NCBI GenBank assembly: GCA_964644695.1 | Contig: CAZXWN010000004.1 | Span: forward strand, 62,001-126,000 | Length of the DNA: 64,000 nt | Direction: 5' to 3' | Source of the DNA: an uncultured bacterium | Lineage (GTDB): Bacteria; UBP4; UBA4092 | Shown: in pieces, positions 62,659 to 64,000 of the stretch | How positions within the stretch are numbered: position 1 is the first letter of the stretch | How the letters are laid out: the number at the start of each line of letters is the position of its first letter | The notes under the pieces: generated by a model | The model's input: only the letters and a program-made list of their open reading frames with translations | Told to the model about the DNA's origin: nothing | Database searches by the model: none | Made by a program: the position numbers and the translations under genes

Positions 62659-63225
62659 TCAGGGTGCTACCATACGAAACCAATCTCTTATTACTTGCTT
62701 TATACGTGCGTGCTCCTCATCACTGATGACTGACATATGACATATATTATTACGTAGATGCGAAATATGCTTTGCCTCTTCTATAAGAGACTTATCTCTC
62801 ACACTTTCGGCAAAATAGTCTTTCCATAATGCATTCATAATAGCTACCAATTGACTATATGTCAGTAAACGCTCTTTTTCTCTGCCTGTTATTGCCATCC
62901 AACTCTTCTGATTTTCTATAGTTTCACTTTTACGAATGTCATCAATAATATTTTCTGGTATTATTTTCCACCATTCGTTCTTTGCTTTTGATGACAATTC
63001 TGCAACAACAAACTCACGCAAATAATTCTCAAAAACAAAAAAAAGTTTATATGATTCCGCAGCCTTTGTAGCATCGCGAACACTGTCCGGTAATAATTCA
63101 GCTAAATTAATTGTATTGGAAAGATAAAGGGGTATATCGTTTGTAACATTTACATCTTCAGATATTTTTTTATTAGCTATTTGGCCTAAAGTCAAAAACA
63201 GTGCCAGTTTTTCGGCATTAATCAT
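62659..63225 (-). CDS. Swt1-like HEPN domain protein (predicted RNase)
   Basis: YKLFFVFENYLREFV...WW, LTYSQL..I...W..F, and RNNICH (RxxxxH) at 62737-62754. Confidence 0.78.
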   Translation of the reverse strand: MINAEKLALFLTLGQIANKKISEDVNVTNDIPLYLSNTINLAELLPDSVRDATKAAESYKLFFVFENYLREFVVAELSSKAKNEWWKIIPENIIDDIRKSETIENQKSWMAITGREKERLLTYSQLVAIMNALWKDYFAESVRDKSLIEEAKHISHLRNNICHMSVISDEEHARIKQVIRDWFRMVAP

Positions 63226-63824
63226 TTAAATACCTTTCGGATTGCACTAAAAATATTCAAATATGTTTCTTCTGAACAATTGCTTGGCAAATGTACCTGA
63301 ATGTTAAAGTGAAAGTCCGTTGTAAATCCATCGTTGCTAGGAGCAACGGCCAATTTATCAGCAAACACCTCATCCCTTTCTTCTTCCTCTTTATCGCTGT
63401 TGTACGAAAAGTCTGCCAATGGTACTAAGGCCTTAAAAGTCCCTAGTATTTTGCTTACTTGGGCACTATCTCCACCGCTAACTTGTGAAACAATACCCTT
63501 CATTTCCTCATTACCTAGAACATGTATATTTTCATTAGCTGCATATAAATCTCTGTATGCTTCCTTTATAGCGTCAGCCATCACTTTTCTAGAAGCAGTA
63601 TCATTTTTGTATAATTTATATCTTTCCGTTGGCTTACTTGTAGTATCCAAGAACCCTAACGATCGCAAAAGTGAAATCAATGCTCTATCCGCAGTGCTTT
63701 TAAGCCCTATGGTATGGGATAAAAATTTATGAGTAAAAGCATCCGGAATCTTTGCTGATTTCATTTTTTGGAACAAAGCACCGACATTTTTATATGATGG
63801 TAGGTATGGAATTTCGTTTTTCAT
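63222..63824 (-). CDS. DUF5343-like protein
   Basis: FTHKFL...GLKS..DR...LLRSLGFLD...PTERY...AIKEAY.DL and C-terminal FNIQVHLP...Y..IF.AI; AAGGAG RBS; ATGA overlap with the HEPN gene. Confidence 0.72.
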   Translation of the reverse strand: MKNEIPYLPSYKNVGALFQKMKSAKIPDAFTHKFLSHTIGLKSTADRALISLLRSLGFLDTTSKPTERYKLYKNDTASRKVMADAIKEAYRDLYAANENIHVLGNEEMKGIVSQVSGGDSAQVSKILGTFKALVPLADFSYNSDKEEEERDEVFADKLAVAPSNDGFTTDFHFNIQVHLPSNCSEETYLNIFSAIRKVFK

Positions 63825-64000
63825 GCAGTTTCTCCTTATTTATCTGTTTTTTTGTTAATTGATACAACTCTAAGGCATCATGTCTTTTATAAAAATCAGC
63901 GATATCATCGTCCTCATATTTATCCCCCAGGAATTTCTTCAATGAAACAATAAATAAAACATTAAGACCAATATATTTATTAACTACATGTTTATCATTT
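63790..64000 (-). CDS. 3' end of an unknown gene entering from the right edge
   Basis: Open for 69 codons from 63999 (NDKHVVNKYIGLNVLF...KRNSIPTII) to TAA at 63792-63790; overlaps the DUF5343-like start by 35 nt. Confidence 0.6.
   Translation of the reverse strand, partial: NDKHVVNKYIGLNVLFIVSLKKFLGDKYEDDDIADFYKRHDALELYQLTKKQINKEKLHEKRNSIPTII

Overview
Bacterial chromosomal window, mostly on the minus strand, with a moderately AT-rich composition judged by eye. It is dominated by housekeeping genes: ilvN-ilvC, rny-ymdB-xseA-xseB-ispA, fabG-acpP-fabF-rnc, der-plsY, carA, tgt-yajC, a complete F1Fo ATP synthase operon, a large clostridial-type glutamine synthetase and rsmA. Accessory genes include an ECF sigma/zinc anti-sigma pair, a histone H1-like protein, a GT-C-like membrane protein, a multi-sensor HD-GYP protein, a PPK2 enzyme, an archaeal-type GlmU, a prepilin and four tandem secreted CBM9-GH20 paralogs. 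Highlights: (1) an AT-rich, translationally coupled cassette at the right edge (truncated ORF, DUF5343-like gene, Swt1-like HEPN gene with an intact RxxxxH motif) directly upstream of rsmA, a candidate uncharacterised defence or toxin-antitoxin system; (2) five copies of an exactly 45-bp intergenic palindromic repeat, two of which bracket the GH20 array; (3) a LolA-like/TlpA fusion split by a -1 frameshift; (4) a ~65-aa charged insertion in Der; (5) atpZ separated from the atp operon by the glutamine synthetase gene and flanked by two paralogous 4-Cys microproteins. No rRNA, tRNA, CRISPR array, transposase or integrase was recognised. Family assignments come from motif recognition, not database searches.
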